The notes: generated by a model from the letters alone, not told the origin. A stretch of 63,505 nucleotides of DNA, filler included, from Chiloscyllium plagiosum (GCF_004010195.1; 3 parts of one record of this genome joined end to end with filler, not necessarily neighbours in it), one strand, 5' to 3'; shown: positions 46,560 through 60,061, numbered from the whole stretch's first letter. Numbers and translations are program-made.

Positions 46560-47980
46560 GAATTCCGAGATGTCTGGATACACAATTAGCTGGCCCATAG
46601 ATGACAGAGGGTGGTAGTAGATGAAAAGTATTCAACCTGGAGCTTGGTGACCAGTGGTGTTCAACAGGATCTGTTCTGGGACTTCTGCTCATTGTGATTT
46701 TTATAAATGATTTGCATGAGAAAGTAGAAGGGTGGGTTAGTAAGTTTGCCGATGACATGAAGGTTGATAGAGATGTAGATAGTGTGGAAGGTTGTTGTCG
46801 GTTGCACCGGGACATTGACAGGATGCAGGGATGGGCTGAGAAGTGGCAGACGGACTTCAACCTGGAGAAATGTGAAGTGAATTACTTTGGAAGGTTGAAT
46901 TTGAATGATTACAGGGTTAAAGGCAGGATTCTTGGCAGTGTGGAGGAACAGAGGGATCTCTGGGTCCATGTCCATAGATCCTTCAAAGTTGCCACCCAAG
47001 TTGATAGGGTTGTTAAGAAGGCGTATGGTGTGTTGGTTTTCATTAGCAGGGGGATTGAGGTTAGGAGCCTCAAGGTTATGCTGCAGCTTTATAGAGTCCT
47101 GGTGAGACCACACTGATTGCCTCATTATAGGAAGGATGTGGAAGCTTCAGAGAGGGTGCAGAGGATATTTACCAGAATGCTATCTAGGCTGGAGGGCGTG
47201 CCTTATGAAGAAAGGTTGAGGGAGCATGGGCTTTTCCCACTGGAGCGAAGAAGGATGAGAGGTGATTTGACAGAGGTGTACAAGACGATGAGAGGCATAG
47301 ATAGAGTGGATAGCCAGAGACTTTTTCCCAGGGTGGAAATTTCTATCAAGAGGGGGAAAATTTTAAGGTGATTGGAGGAGGGTTTAGGGGAGATGTCAGA
47401 GTTCTTTACACAGAGAGTGGTGGGTGTGTGAAATGCACTGCCAGCGGTGGGAGTAGAGTTAGATACATTAGGGACGTTTAAGCGACTCTTGGATAGACAC
47501 ATGGATGATAGTAAAATGAAGGCGTATGGTTTTATTGGTAGAGGAATTGAGTTCCGGAGTCCTGAGGTCATGATGCAGTTGTATAAAACTCTGGTGCGGC
47601 CGCATCTGGAATATTGTGTGCAGTTTTGGTCGCCATACTATAGAAAGGATGTGGAGGCACTGGAACGGGTGCAGAGGAGGATTACCAGGATGTTGCCTGG
47701 TATGGTAAGTTCATGGAATGCCTTGCCAGTAGCAGTGGTGGACTCTCCCTCTTTATGGGCATTTAAGCGGGCATTGGATAGGCATATGGAGGATAGTGGT
47801 CTCGTGTAGGTTAGGTGGGCTTGGATCGGCGCAACATCGAGGGCCAAAGGGCCTGTACTGCGCTGTATTCTTCTATGTTCTATGTTCTATGAAGGGTATG
47901 TAGGTTAGTCTGATCTTAGAATCGGATAAAAGGTCAGCAGAAAATTGAGGGCAAAAGGGCCTGTATTGTTCTATGTTCTA
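46560..47980 (+). mobile_element. CR1 3' portion with a second CR1 fragment (~47520-47890) inserted in its tail
   Basis: FINDLHEKVEGWVSKFADD, ERVQRIFTRML, RPHLEYCVQFWSPY; (TTCTATG)n tails. Confidence 0.88.
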
Positions 47981-48650
47981 ACCTGGTGCAGAGTGTTCTT
48001 CCCATTAGCAAATCCGCTGGAGCTGTCCCAGTAGATGCATGAGGTATGGTCCTATAATCAAATAGGAACCGGACAGTTTGTTATGGAGTGAAGCTGTCGA
48101 CTGTTTATTTAAGCCTGCCTTCAAAGTTTGGACTGTTCTTCCTGCCAGACCATTGGCGGTTGGATGACATGGAGCTGTCCTTATATGATGAATAACTTTC
48201 AACTTTATGGAATTTAATCCAGACAAATGTGGGATGATGCATTTTGGAAGATCCAATTCAAGAGCGAACTATATGGTAAATGGAAAAGTCCTGGGGAAAA
48301 TTGAGGTACAGAGAGATCTAGGTGTTCATGTCGATTGTACCCTGAATGTGCCAATGCAGATCAATAGAGTGGTCAAGAAGGCATACAACATCCTTTCCTT
48401 AATTGGACGCAGTATTGAGTACAAGAGTTGGGAGGTCATGTTACAATTGTATAAGATTTTGATTTGGCCACATTTGGAATACTGCATACAGTTCTGTTCA
48501 CCACATTACCAAAAGGATGTGGATGCTTTGGAGAGGGTGCAGAGGAGGTTCACCAGGATGTTGCCTGGTATAGAGGGCCCTAGCTATGAAGACAGGTTGA
48601 GTAGGTTAGGATTATTTCCATTAGAATGACTGAGGTTGAGGGGGGACCTG

Positions 48651-49416
48651 TGTTACAACATGGTGGTGAACCCTTCTGCTCATTAAACCAAACCCCAGAA
48701 AAGCTCACCTCACCTTGTAAAAGTATGAGTGATAGAGAATTCCCAAATTCCACAATTTAAAGAAAAATACATAAATTTGTTCTTTAATTCTAAAAGTGAA
48801 CATTAAGCAACAACTATTTACAATTCTAAATTTCCTTTGTCAAAAATGCTTGTTATCTACCTCTTATTCTATAACAATATACTGAGCCAATAAAAACCCA
48901 TACTAAAGGTACATCAACATAATTTTCAAAACCAGACAGCAGTGGTCATCTCCGGTGTCGTCCTTCCTCTGGCTGTACATATCCCTGGGTCATCTTCAGT
49001 CTTTTGCTGCAAAGATGCTTCATGTGAAAAAGGTACTTTTGATAAAGAGTGTTTGGTTGGCCTTTACTCTGATGATGGCAGTTGGTTGCTCTGTCTAGCC
49101 AACTCTCAAAGTTGCTGGTTTTTATATACCCAAACATCGGATCGTCTCATTGGTTCAACATTGTCAAAACAGTAAAATTCAAATTCAACTGGGTTTTAGT
49201 ATCCTGGGGCATAACCTAAACTGATTGGTTAAATTCGAACTGTTGTGAAAACATAGCAACCAAAAGTCAGGTATTTGTTTTGCAGCCAAATGTTATGTAT
49301 TTTCAGTCCACTCTGAGACTGCTAGTCAGTCACATGACATGTGCCTGCAAGCTCTCAGTGCAAAACAACATTCATTCTCTCTCAAAGGTACAGTGCACGT
49401 CTTCAGCTTCATAACA
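48651..49416 (-). mobile_element. Solo LTR (766 bp)
   Basis: Termini TGTTA...TAACA. 4-bp TSD CCTG (48647-48650, 49417-49420). Minus-strand TATA (~49120-49128) with upstream CCAAT boxes (~49150, ~49225). Confidence 0.82.
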
Positions 49417-49702
49417 CCTGATTGAAATCTACAAAATCATGAGAGGTATAGCCAGAGTGAATAGCAAAAGCTTTTTCCCAGAGTGGGGGGGGGCTCAATT
49501 AATAGGGTTCACTAGGGGAAACGTTTATGGGAGATATGCGTGGAAATATCTTCACACAGAGGGTGGTGGGTGCCTGCAACGCATTGCTAGCGGAGGTGGT
49601 AGAGGCGGACAAGAAAGCATCATTTAAGATATATCTAGACAGATACATGACTGGGCAGGGAGCAGAGGAATATAGATCCTTCAAAACTAGGTGACAGGTT
49701 CA

Positions 49703-50013
49703 TTTTAGATTAGATTACTTACAGTGTGGAAACAGGCCCTTCGGCCCAACAAGTCCACACCGACCTGCAGAAGCGCAACCCACCCATACCCCTGCATTTA
49801 CCCCTTACCTAACACTATGGACAATTTAGCATGGCCAATTCACCTGACCTGCACATCTTTGGACTGTGGGAGGAAACCGGAGCACCCGGAGGAAACCCAT
49901 GCAGACACGGGGAGAATGTGCAAACTCCACACAGTCAGTCGCCTGAGGCGGGAATTGAACCCGGGTCTCTGGCGCTGTGAGGCAGCAGTGCTAACCACAG
50001 TGCCACCGTGCCG
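49703..50013 (-). mobile_element. Full-length HE1-type V-SINE
   Basis: A/B boxes, V-domain, (TAATC)n tail. 7-bp TSD AGGTTCA (49696-49702, 50014-50020). Confidence 0.92.
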
Positions 50014-50561
50014 AGGTTCAGATAAAGGATCTGGATTGGTGCAGGCTTGGAGGGCTGAAGGGCCTGTTCCTATGCTATAATTTCCTTTTTTCAGGCAATA
50101 CTCAAATTGCCTGCTGGGAACGATGACCCATTATTTATGAATAGTACTGTCAGGAGGTTGTGTAGTGCAAAAAATGCATGCAGATTTTCTGTTGGTGTCC
50201 ACGTGTTTGACAAATGAATTTTATGCATGTTCAGCAACTTTGTGTGGATGTCCACAATGACTAAGAATATTGAGCCCATGGTGCTAGATTGTGGCAACAA
50301 TTGAAGCATTTTACTGTATTTTACGAAGTTCTTCACTATAAAATGCAAATGACGATAAATCTTTGAATTTGACATGGTATTCAGGGAGAGCTGGCCAATT
50401 TGGATACAAAACTGACTTGATGGTTGGAGACAGAGGGTGATGGTGGAGTGTTATTTTCCTTATAGAGGTCAGTGTATTGGCAGTACGCACGCTCCTGCTG
50501 ATGGCTGTATTTGGAACTTGGAGGCTGGAATGGCAGCACCTGTTGCAAGTGGGAGCTGGTG

Positions 50562-50905
50562 GAACCTAGGAACCCTCCAACCACACGGGATGAATGCAGA
50601 TTTCTCCAGCTTCCTCATTTCCCCTCCCCCCACCTTTTCTCAGTCCCAACCCTCGGACTCAGCACCGCAATCATCTTCCCAACCTCTCCGCCCCCACTCC
50701 CTCTCCGGCCTATCACCCTCACCTTAACCTCCGACCACCTATTGCATTCCCAACACCCCTCCCCCAAGTCCCTCCTCCTTACCTTTTATCTTGGCCTGCT
50801 TGGCACACCCTCCTCATTCCTGAAGAAGGGCTATTGCCCGAAACATTGATTCTCCTGCTCCTTTGATACTGCCTGACCTGCTGCGCCTTTCCAGCAACAC
50901 ATTTT
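50562..50905 (+). mobile_element. Penelope-like element 3' fragment
   Basis: LGTLQPHGMNADFS; decayed hammerhead at ~50815-50848. Confidence 0.85.
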
Positions 50906-51140
50906 GGAGCTGGTGGAGGCCTAGAGCCTGGGGCCTCTGGTGCTGCTGCCTGCCTGCTTGGAGGCACTTGAATCTAGGATTCTTTGTTGCTGCTACCTTT
51001 TAGCCTGGTGGCCTGCATTTAACCTGCTGCACCAGGGATAGGCTGCTGCTGGTTGGTCTGAGGAAGGGTCACCGGACCTGAAACATGAACTGTGACTTCT
51101 CAGAGATGCTGCCAGACTTGCTGAGCCTTCCCAGCAATTT

Positions 51141-51401
51141 TATTAGATCAGATTCCCCACAGTGTGGAACAGGCCCTTCGGCCCAACCAGTCCACACCGA
51201 CTCTCTGAAGCCAGACCTAATACTATGGACAATTTAGCATGGCCAATTCACCTGGCCTGCACATCTTTGGACTGTGGGAGGAAACCCACACAGACACAGG
51301 AAGAATGTGCAAACTCCACACAGACAGTCACCTGAGGCTGGAATTGAACTCGGGTCCCTGGTGCTGTGAGGCTGCAGTGCTAACCACTGAGCCACTGTGC
51401 T
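51141..51401 (-). mobile_element. HE1-type V-SINE
   Basis: Reverse-strand A/B boxes and V-domain. Confidence 0.85.
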
Positions 51402-52737
51402 GTCCTTAAGTGTGCCTAATACAACTCCTTCAGAAATGGTGAAGGTATTTAATTTCTCCCCTTTGATTTTTCATATTAGTGCGATGTTCAAAGTATCTTC
51501 CACCAGAAAGACTGACGCAGAATATCTGCTAATTTATGTTTTTGTTTCTGATTTACTGCTAATTGGGGCCTTGGGTGCTCCAGTCTGCCTGCCTGGCTGT
51601 TGCTGCTGCCCTGAGAAGCCTGCAGCCTGTAATTTGTTTGGCTTGTTCCTGCAGACTGGAGCACTTCAGTAGGATGATTCAGGTACGGACATTGATTGGA
51701 GCTTGAACAGTTGCAGTGAATGACAATACTTTGGAGTTTGTGGCCTGAAATTGTTCACAGACTGTGCCATCTCCTTATTATTGGTTTGTGACTGGTCTAT
51801 TCGCTGCCTGTGACTGTTACCTTTGGGCATTGGGGGACTGTTATTGAGACCAGTATGTTGGGTGGGACCCTCTAAAACAACATTTTGAGGTGGGGCCCAG
51901 TCATTCCTATGTGGGAGTGGTTGTATCCTCTGTGTCCCCTACCCTCTTCCCCCCATTCCCCCCCCCCCCCCCAACCCCTCCCCATATCTCTCGTTCCCCC
52001 TTTTTATTTATTGAACAAAACAACTCAGGGTGAAATGTCCTTTCTCCCCGACATGACCATTGAGGCAGGTGCAGCAGCCTTGGTGGGGATAAAAGAGGTA
52101 AAAACAATGACTGCAGATGCTGGAAACCAGATTCTGGATCAGTGGTGCTGGAAGAGCACAGCAATTCAGGCAGCATCCGAGGACAGGCAAAATCGACGTT
52201 CCGTATCTATTGTCAAGCCCCCAAATAACCGTGTTTCAAAGAATCTCCTCTATTACAGTACAGGCCCATTTGTTCAACCCCACATCATAAGAGNNNNNNN
52301 NNNNNNNNNNNNNNNNNNNNNNNNNNNNNNNNNNNNNNNNNNNNNNNNNNNNNNNNNNNNNNNNNNNNNNNNNNNNNNNNNNNNNNNNNNNNNNNNNNNN
52401 NNNNNNNNNNNNNNNNNNNNNNNNNNNNNNNNNNNNNNNNNNNNNNNNNNNNNNNNNNNNNNNNNNNNNNNNNNNNNNNNNNNNNNNNNNNNNNNNNNNN
52501 NNNNNNNNNNNNNNNNNNNNNNNNNNNNNNNNNNNNNNNNNNNNNNNNNNNNNNNNNNNNNNNNNNNNNNNNNNNNNNNNNNNNNNNNNNNNNNNNNNNN
52601 NNNNNNNNNNNNNNNNNNNNNNNNNNNNNNNNNNNNNNNNNNNNNNNNNNNNNNNNNNNNNNNNNNNNNNNNNNNNNNNNNNNNNNNNNNNNNNNNNNNN
52701 NNNNNNNNNNNNNNNNNNNNNNNNNNNNNNNNNNNNN

Positions 52738-53637
52738 GTGGGAAGGGAAATTGCGGTCTTTAAAGAAGGAGGCCATCTGGTGTGTTCTATGGTGGAACCG
52801 CTCCTCCTGGGAGCAGATACGGCGGAGGCGGAGGAATTGGGAGTACGGGATGGCATTTTTGCAAGAGGTAGGGTGGGAAGAGGTGTAATCCAGGTAGCTG
52901 TGGGTCGGTGGGTTTGTAGAAAATGTCAGTGTCAAGTCTGTCGTCACTGATGGAGATGGAGAGGTCCAGGAAGGGGAGGGAGGTGTCAGAGATGGTCCAG
53001 GTAAATTTAAGGTCAGGGTGGAATGTGTTGGTGAAGTTGATGAATTGCTCAACCTCCTCGCGGGAGCACGAGGTGGCGCCAATGCAGTCATCAATGTAGC
53101 GTAGGAAGAGGTGGGGAGTGGTGCCGGTGTAATTATGGAAGATCAACTGTTCTACGTAGCCAACCAAGAGACAGGCATAGCTGGGGCCCATACGTGTGCC
53201 CATGGCTACCCTTTTGGTCTGGAGGAAGTGGGAGGATTCAAAGGAGAAATTGTTAAGGGTGAGGACCAGTTCGGCCAAACGAATGAGAGTGTCGGTGGAG
53301 GGGTACTGTTGGGAACGTCTGGGGAGGAAAAAACGGAGGGCTTGGAGGCCCTGGTCATGGTGGATGGAGGTGTAGAGGGATTGGATATCCATGGTGAAGA
53401 TGAGGCATTGGGGGCCGGGGAAACGGAAGTCTTGGAGGAGGTGGAGGGCGTGGGTGGTGTCTCGAACGTATGTGGGGAGTTCCTGGACTAGGGGGGATAG
53501 GACAGTGGCGAGGTAGGTAGAGATGAGTTCAGTGGGGCAGGAGCATGCTGAGACAATGGGTCGGCCAGGGTGGTCAGGCTTGTGGATCTTGGGAAGGAGG
53601 TAGAACCGGGCAGTGCGGGGTTCCCGGACTATGAGGT
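52738..53637 (-). mobile_element. Penelope-like element RT domain (young, frame largely open)
   Basis: ORF 52787-53662: ARFYLLPKIHKPDHPGRPIVS, MDIQSLYT, VAMGTRMGPSYA, LRYIDDC, LPFLDL. Confidence 0.93.
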
Positions 53638-54239
53638 TAGTCAGCATCCTCACCATTGTCACTGCGTTGAAGATGTATGGAAAGGCTGTGTGTTCTTCCT
53701 GAAGACTGAGTGGGTGGTGTACCTCTCCTGGAGAAGTGGCTTACTGTCAGTGGGATGTTCTTGTCTGTCAGCCTGCTGGAAGTAGTTGCTCAGAGGATTG
53801 TCCCACTCATTGTACCATCTGAGGGCCTTCTCTTCCAACCTCTGCCAGCAAGGGGAGGTGAGGTCAGGTGTGGTGCCATGACAGCTCGGTCTGAGACACA
53901 TTTTCTTGTTCCGTCGACAGGATTTGGTCTGCCTGGCCCAGGAAGAAGTCTTGAGTGGTGTGTTTCCAGGGGAGCACAAAGATATTCTGTTTGGTGGAGG
54001 GTGTGTGGTGCCCTTCCTGTAAGGAGGGGAGGGCACCTCGGAGGAAGTGTCCTAGCTCCAAGGCTCCTCGCAACATCTGAGTAACTGCGGCTGGTGCTGG
54101 CATTGACCCCCCTCCCCTCATGAAAACCCCTCAGTACCCATAAGAGGGAACTACCTCAGTTACAGAAACCAGTGGGGTAGGTGGAAAGCATCCGCAGGTG
54201 AGGTATGCCCGGATGAAGACTAAATGTTTGGGTCAAGCC

Positions 54240-55800
54240 ATAGAGTCATAGAGACGTACAACATGGAAACAGACCCTTGGGTCCAAGACATCCATGCCGA
54301 CCAGATATCCCAACCCAATCTAATCCCACCTGCCAGCACCCGGCCCATATCCCTCCAAACCCTTCCTATTCATCCACCCATCCATATGCCTCTAAAAAGG
54401 TTGCAATTATACCAGCCTCCACCACATCCTCTGGCAGCTCATTCCATACACGTACCACCCTCTGCATGTAAACGTTGCCCCTTTGGTCTCTTTTATATCT
54501 TTCCCCTCTCACCCTAAACCTATGCCCTCTAGTTCTGGACTCCCCAGCCCCAGGGAAAAAACTTTGTCTGTTTATCCTATCCATGCCTCTCATAATTTTG
54601 TAAACCTCTATAAGGTCACCCTTCAGCCTCCGACGCTCCAGGGAAAACAGACCCAGCCTGTTCAGCCTCTCCCTGTACCTCAGATCCTCCAACCCTGGCA
54701 ACATCCTTGTAAATCTTTTCTGAACCCTTTCACGTTTCACAACATCTTTCCGATAGGAAGGAGACCAGAATCGCACGCAACATTCCAACACTGGCCTAAC
54801 CAATGTCCTGTACAGCCGCAACATGACCTCTCAACCCCTGTACTCAATACTCTGACCAATAAAGGAAAGCATACCAAACACCTTCTTCACTATCCTATCT
54901 ACCTGCGACTCCATTTTCAAGGAGCTATGAACCTGCACTCCAAACTCTCTTTGTTCAGCAACACACTCCCTAGGACCTTACCATTAAGTGTATAAGTCCT
55001 GCTAAGATTTGCTTTCCCAAAATGCAGCACCTCGCATTTATCTGAATTAAACTCCATCTGCCATTTCTCAGTCCATTGGCCCATCTGGTCCAGATCCTGT
55101 TGTAATCTGAGGTAACCCTCTTCGCTGTCCACTACACCTCCAATTTTGGTGTCATCTGCAAACTTACTAACTGTACCTCTTATGCTCACATCCAAATCAT
55201 TTATGTAAATAACAAAAAGTAGAGGACCCAGCACCGATCCTTGTGGCACTCCACTGGTCACAGGCCTCCAGTCTGAAAAACAACCCTCCACCACCACCCT
55301 CTGTCTTCTACCTTTGAGCCAGTTCTGTATCAAAATGGCTAGTTCTCCCTGTATTACATGAGATCTAACCTTGCTAGTCAGTCTCCCATGGTGAACCTTG
55401 TTAAACGCCTAACTGAAGTCCATATAGATCACATCTACCTCTGTGCCCTCATCAATCTTCTTTGTTACTTCTTCAAAAAACTCAATCAAATTTGTGAGAC
55501 ATGATTTCCCACGCACAAAGCCATGTTGACTATCCCTAATCAGTCCTTGCCTTTCCAAATACATGTAAATCCTGTCCCTCAGGATTCCCTCCAACAACTT
55601 GCCCACCACTGAGGTCAGGCTCACCGGTCTATAGTTCCCTGTCTTGTCTTTACCGCCCCTCTTAAACAGTGGCACCTTTATTAGCCAACCTCCAGTCTTC
55701 CAGTACCTCACCTGTGACTATCGAAGATACATATATATCAGCAAGAGGTTCAGCAATCACTTCTCTTGTTTCCCACAGAGTTCTTGGATACACCTGATCA
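54240..55800 (-). mobile_element. Young 5'-truncated CR1 LINE
   Basis: NYRPVSLTS, GVPQGSVLGP, KFADDTK, ERVQKRFTRMLPG; tail CTCTATGACTCTATG. Confidence 0.94.
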
Positions 55801-57113
55801 GCCTCCTAAGAGGTTTTCCCGAGTGACCCTGAGACTATAAAGTCCCAGCCTGGGGAAGGATCCCTTGCAAAGAACAGTGGTCTTTGGCCCGTTAAGTAAG
55901 TGTGAGATTTGAACCCCAGCCCAGGGCCCATAAAGGATAGTGTGAGAGAGGACATGGTGCCACAAGTATCCCCTGGCCCTCTGTTCACCAACAAACTCAT
56001 GAGGGAGGAGGATAAAGGAGGGTTTTGGGGGGAGGAGCAGCGGGACAGTAAGAGATGGAGATGCCTCTTGTGCTCCCACCATTGTGGAAAAGGTGCCACT
56101 TCTTGTGGTCAGAGGGCCTCGGGGAATTCCATACTAACAACACTTTGCCTTGGGATGTGGGAGTAGTGACTCCTGGAAGCCCATCGCCTTGCTCAATTGG
56201 ACCAGGCATCTTAGAGGCTGACGTTGTGTGGATTCTAATGGCTTGCCCACACCACAGGACTGGAAGGCCTTGAGGTGCTGCTGAGCTTACCGGGGATTTC
56301 AATGTTGATGATTATCTTGAGGGCATCCTGGATGGTAGTGATGAACGAACAAACCTCCTTGTCCATCCCAGTTCTCTATGTCAGACAACCCACCCTTACT
56401 GAGCATCTTTTGGCATGGATTTATGAAGAAGACATCATGCTTGAAAAATCTGTTGGAATTTTCTGAAGATGTAACTAGTAGAGTTGACAAGGGGGAGCCA
56501 GTTGATGTGGTACAATTGGACTTTCAGAAAGCATTTGACAAAGTTCTGCATAAGAGATTATTGTGGAAGTTTAAAACGCAATGGATTGAGGGAAGTGTAT
56601 TGAGATAGATCGAAAATTGATTGGCAGAGAGGAAACAGAGAGTAGGAATTTTAGAACATAGAACAGTACAGCACAGTACAGGCCTTTTGGCCCTCAATGT
56701 TGTGCCGACCTTTTATCCTACTCTAAGATCAAACTAACCGACAAACCCTACATTTTATTATCGTCCATGTCCTCTCCAAAAGTCGCTTAAATGTCCCTAA
56801 TGTCTCTGACTCTACAACCCCTGCTGACAGTGCATTCCACACACCCACCACTCTCTATGTGTAGAACCTACCTCTGACATCTCCCCTAAGCCTTCCTCCA
56901 ATCCCCTGAAAATTATGCCACCTCGTGATAGCCATTTGTCTCCATGGGAAAAAGTTTCTGACTATCCACTTCACCTATGATATTGATTGGGAAAGCTATA
57001 GCTCAAGTTCGTTAGATGGGTCAGTGTTTGTTCAATGTGTGCAGGAGAGTTCCCTGACACAATATGTAGATAGGCCAACAAGAGGTGAGGCCATACTGGA
57101 TTTGGTTCTGGGT

Positions 57114-57213
57114 NNNNNNNNNNNNNNNNNNNNNNNNNNNNNNNNNNNNNNNNNNNNTTAATTAATTAANNNNNNNNNNNNNNNNNNNNNNNNNNNNNNN
57201 NNNNNNNNNNNNN
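57114..57213. other. Artificial contig linker (44 N, TTAATTAATTAA, 44 N)
   Basis: Same construct as 26933-27032. Confidence 0.95.
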
Positions 57214-57960
57214 CCTGGATCCCAGGTCTCTGCAAGCACCTGCTCAGGACTCAGGTAAACTGACAGATTCTTCTCTGCATTTTACTCAGGTTCATTAAAC
57301 GTAAGCTAAAATAGTCAATGGTTTTAATCTGTGACCTGTTCAGTTGGGGAGACCTTGTAAATGAAATAAAATGTTTTATACTGGGAAAAAAATTTGCTGA
57401 CTGTGTAACAATAAATATAGAACAGTACAGCACAGCATAGGCCTTTCAGCCCACAATATATTGCCGAGCATTTATCTTCATCTAACACCAGCCGAACCTA
57501 CACACCCCTCAATTTACTGCCATCCATGTTTTTGTCCAGCAGTCACTTAAATGTTCCTAATGTCTCTGACTCCACTCCCACCACTGACTGTGGTATTCCA
57601 CGCACCCCCCACTCTGTGTAAAGAACCTACCTCTGATATCTCCCTTTACCTTCCTCCAATCACCTTAAAATTATGAGCCCTCATGATAGACTTTTCTGTC
57701 CTGGGGAAAGGTCTCTGGCTGTCTACACTATCTTTGCCTCTCATTACCTTGTATGCCTCTATCAAGTCACCTCTCTTTCTTCTTCTCTCCGTTGTGAAAA
57801 GCCCTTAGCTCACTCAACCTCTGTTCATGAGACATGCCCCCAATCCAGGCAGCATCTTGGTAAATCTCCTCTACACCCTCTCAAAAGCATCCATCTCCTT
57901 CCTATAATGAGGCGTCCAGAAATGAACAAAATATTCCAAGTGTGGTCTAACCACAGTTTT

Positions 57961-58268
57961 ATAGAATCATTGAATCCCTACTGGCCCTTCAGACCAACAA
58001 GTCTACACTGACCCTCCGAAGAGTAACCCATCCAGACCCATTCCCTGACCTTCTTTTTACCCCTGACTAATGGACTAACCAACACATTCCTGAACACAAT
58101 GGGTAATTTAGCATGGCCAATTCATCAAACCTGCACATTTTTAGATAGTGGGAGGAAACCGGAGCACCCGGTGGAAACCCATGAGGACACAGGGAGAATG
58201 TACAAATTCCACCCAGACAGTCACCCGAGGCTACGAGGCAGCAGTGCTAATCAGTGTGCCACCCCATG
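57961..58268 (-). mobile_element. Decayed HE1-type V-SINE inserted in CR1
   Basis: GGAGGAAACCGGAGCACCCGG reverse V-domain; AATTTAGCATGGCCAATTCA. Confidence 0.82.
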
Positions 58269-59861
58269 CCACCTCACATTTCTTAAACTCAAATCCTGTT
58301 AATGAAAGCCAAAACACCATTCGCCTTCTCAACATCCCTATCAACTTTGGTGGCAACTTTGAGGCATCCCACTGTTCCTCCTATTGCCAAGAATCCTGTC
58401 TTTAACCCTGTACTCAGCATTCAAATTTTACTTTCCAAAATAAGAGTAACAAAAAGATGGGGTACTGGGCTAATGGTCGGATACTTGGTAGTGTGGATGA
58501 GCAGAGGGATCTTGGTGTCCATGTACACAGATCTCTGAAAGTTGCCACCCAGGTAAATAGTGTGGTGAAGAAGGCATATGGCGTACTGGCTTTTATTGGT
58601 AGAGGAATTGAGTTCCGGAGTCCTGAGGTCATGTTGCAGGAAAAGAAGGTTTGGGGTGACTTGATAGCGGTGTGCAAGATGATTAGGGGTTTAGATAGGG
58701 TTGACCGTGAGAACCTTTTTCCACGTATGGAGTCAGCTAATCTATTACGAGGGGGCATAGCTTTAAATTAAGGGTGGTAGGTATAGAGCAGATGTTAGGG
58801 GTAGGTTCTTTACTCAGCGAGTGGTGAGTTCATGGAATGCCCTGCCAGTAGCAGTGGTGGACTCTCCCTCTTTATGGGCATTTAAGCGGGCATTGGATAG
58901 GCATATGGAGGATAGTGGGCTAGTGTAGCTTAGGTGGGCTTGGATCGGCACAACATCGAAGGCCGAAGGGCCTGTACTGCGCTGTATTCTTCTATGTTCT
59001 ATGTTCTATGTTAACAGCAGTTCCTGAGTATAATATAGAGAACAGAAGATGCTGTGTCTGTGTCTGTGTCTAATATAAAATAAATCACTTCACATTTATT
59101 CAGGTTGAACTCCATCTGCCACATTTCAGCCCAGCTCTGCATCCTGTCAATGTCTTGTTATAGCCTGTAACACCCCTTGACACTGTCTACAACACTCCAC
59201 TGACCTTTGCGTCATTGGCAAAATTACCAACCTACCCTTCCACTTACTCATCCAAGTCATTTATAAAAACTACAAAGAGCAGAGGCCCAAGAACAGATCC
59301 CTGCAGGACATCACTGGTCATTGACCTCCGGGTGGAGTACTTTCCATCCACTACCATTCGCTATCTTCTTTCAGCCAGCCAATTCTGTATCCAGACAGCC
59401 AAATGTCTCTGTATTCCACACCTCCTAACTTTCTGAATCTGAATGAGCCTACCATGGGGAACCTTATCAAATGCCTTACTGAAGTCCATATCCACCACAT
59501 TCACTGCCCGACCTTCGTCAACTTGTCTCGTCACATCCTCAAAGAACTCAATAAGATTTGTGAGGCATGACCTGTCTCTCACAAAGCCATGCTGACTGCC
59601 TTTAATCAAACTATGTATTTCCAAATAATCATAAATCCTAACTCTCAGAATCCTTTCCAGTACCTTGCTGACCACAGACTGACTGGTCAGTAATTCCCAG
59701 GGATTTCCCTATTCCCTTTCTTGAACAGAGGAAAAAATTCACCTCCCTCTAAGTAACCGATACTACTCCCATGGAGAGTGAGGATGCAAAGGTCATCACC
59801 AGAGGCACACCAATCTCATTCCTCACTTCCTGTAGTAACCTTGGATATATCTGGTCCAATT

Positions 59862-60061
59862 GGAGGAGAAAGTGAGGACTGCAGATGCTGGAGATCAGAG
59901 CTGAAAATGTGTTGCTGGAAAAGCGCAGCAGGTCAGGCAGCATCCAGGGAATAGGAGAATCGACGTTTCGGGCATAAGCCCTTCTTCAGGAATGACGTCG
60001 ATTCTCCTGTTCCCTGGATGCTGCCTGACCTGCTGTGCTTTTCCAGCAACACATTTTCAGC
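59862..60061. mobile_element. Palindromic PLE-derived insertion with intact minus-strand hammerhead core
   Basis: Inverted arms. Minus strand 59994-59958 reads CAUUC-CUGAAGA-A-GGGC-UUAU-GCCC-GAAA-CGUC-GAU. Confidence 0.85.

Larger units (their letters stand above)
48206..50090 (+). mobile_element. CR1 3' portion hosting a solo LTR and a SINE
   Basis: MEFNPDKCGMMHFG..ERVQRRFTRMLPG; RGDL|IEIYKIMRG is split by the LTR. Confidence 0.88.
47985..50282 (-). mobile_element. Gypsy integrase remnant split by CR1 (pieces ~47985-48205 and ~50090-50282)
   Basis: FLVIVDIHTK..FALHNL..NNGSSF and HIRTAPCHPTANGLAGRTVQTLK. Confidence 0.72.
51550..56410 (+). mobile_element. Second L1/Tx1-clade LINE 5' half, interrupted by PLE (~52095-53637) and CR1 (54240-55800)
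   Basis: 52020-52090 and 53638-54050 align to the reverse complement of 23940-24660. EN start at ~55950-56400. Confidence 0.72.
56415..59862. mobile_element. Cluster of CR1 fragments in both orientations
   Basis: SCLKNLLEF, DFQKAFDKV, QYVDRPTRGEAILDLVLG, QHGFVRDRSCLTNL motifs; (TTCTATG)n tails. Confidence 0.85.

Noticed and set aside
49940..50013. tRNA gene
   Set aside because: This is the tRNA-derived head of a V-SINE, continuous with the V-domain and LINE-like tail. The same applies to the other SINE copies.
57214..57415. Possible exon in unique sequence after the linker
   Set aside because: No convincing donor/acceptor pair and no recognisable peptide.
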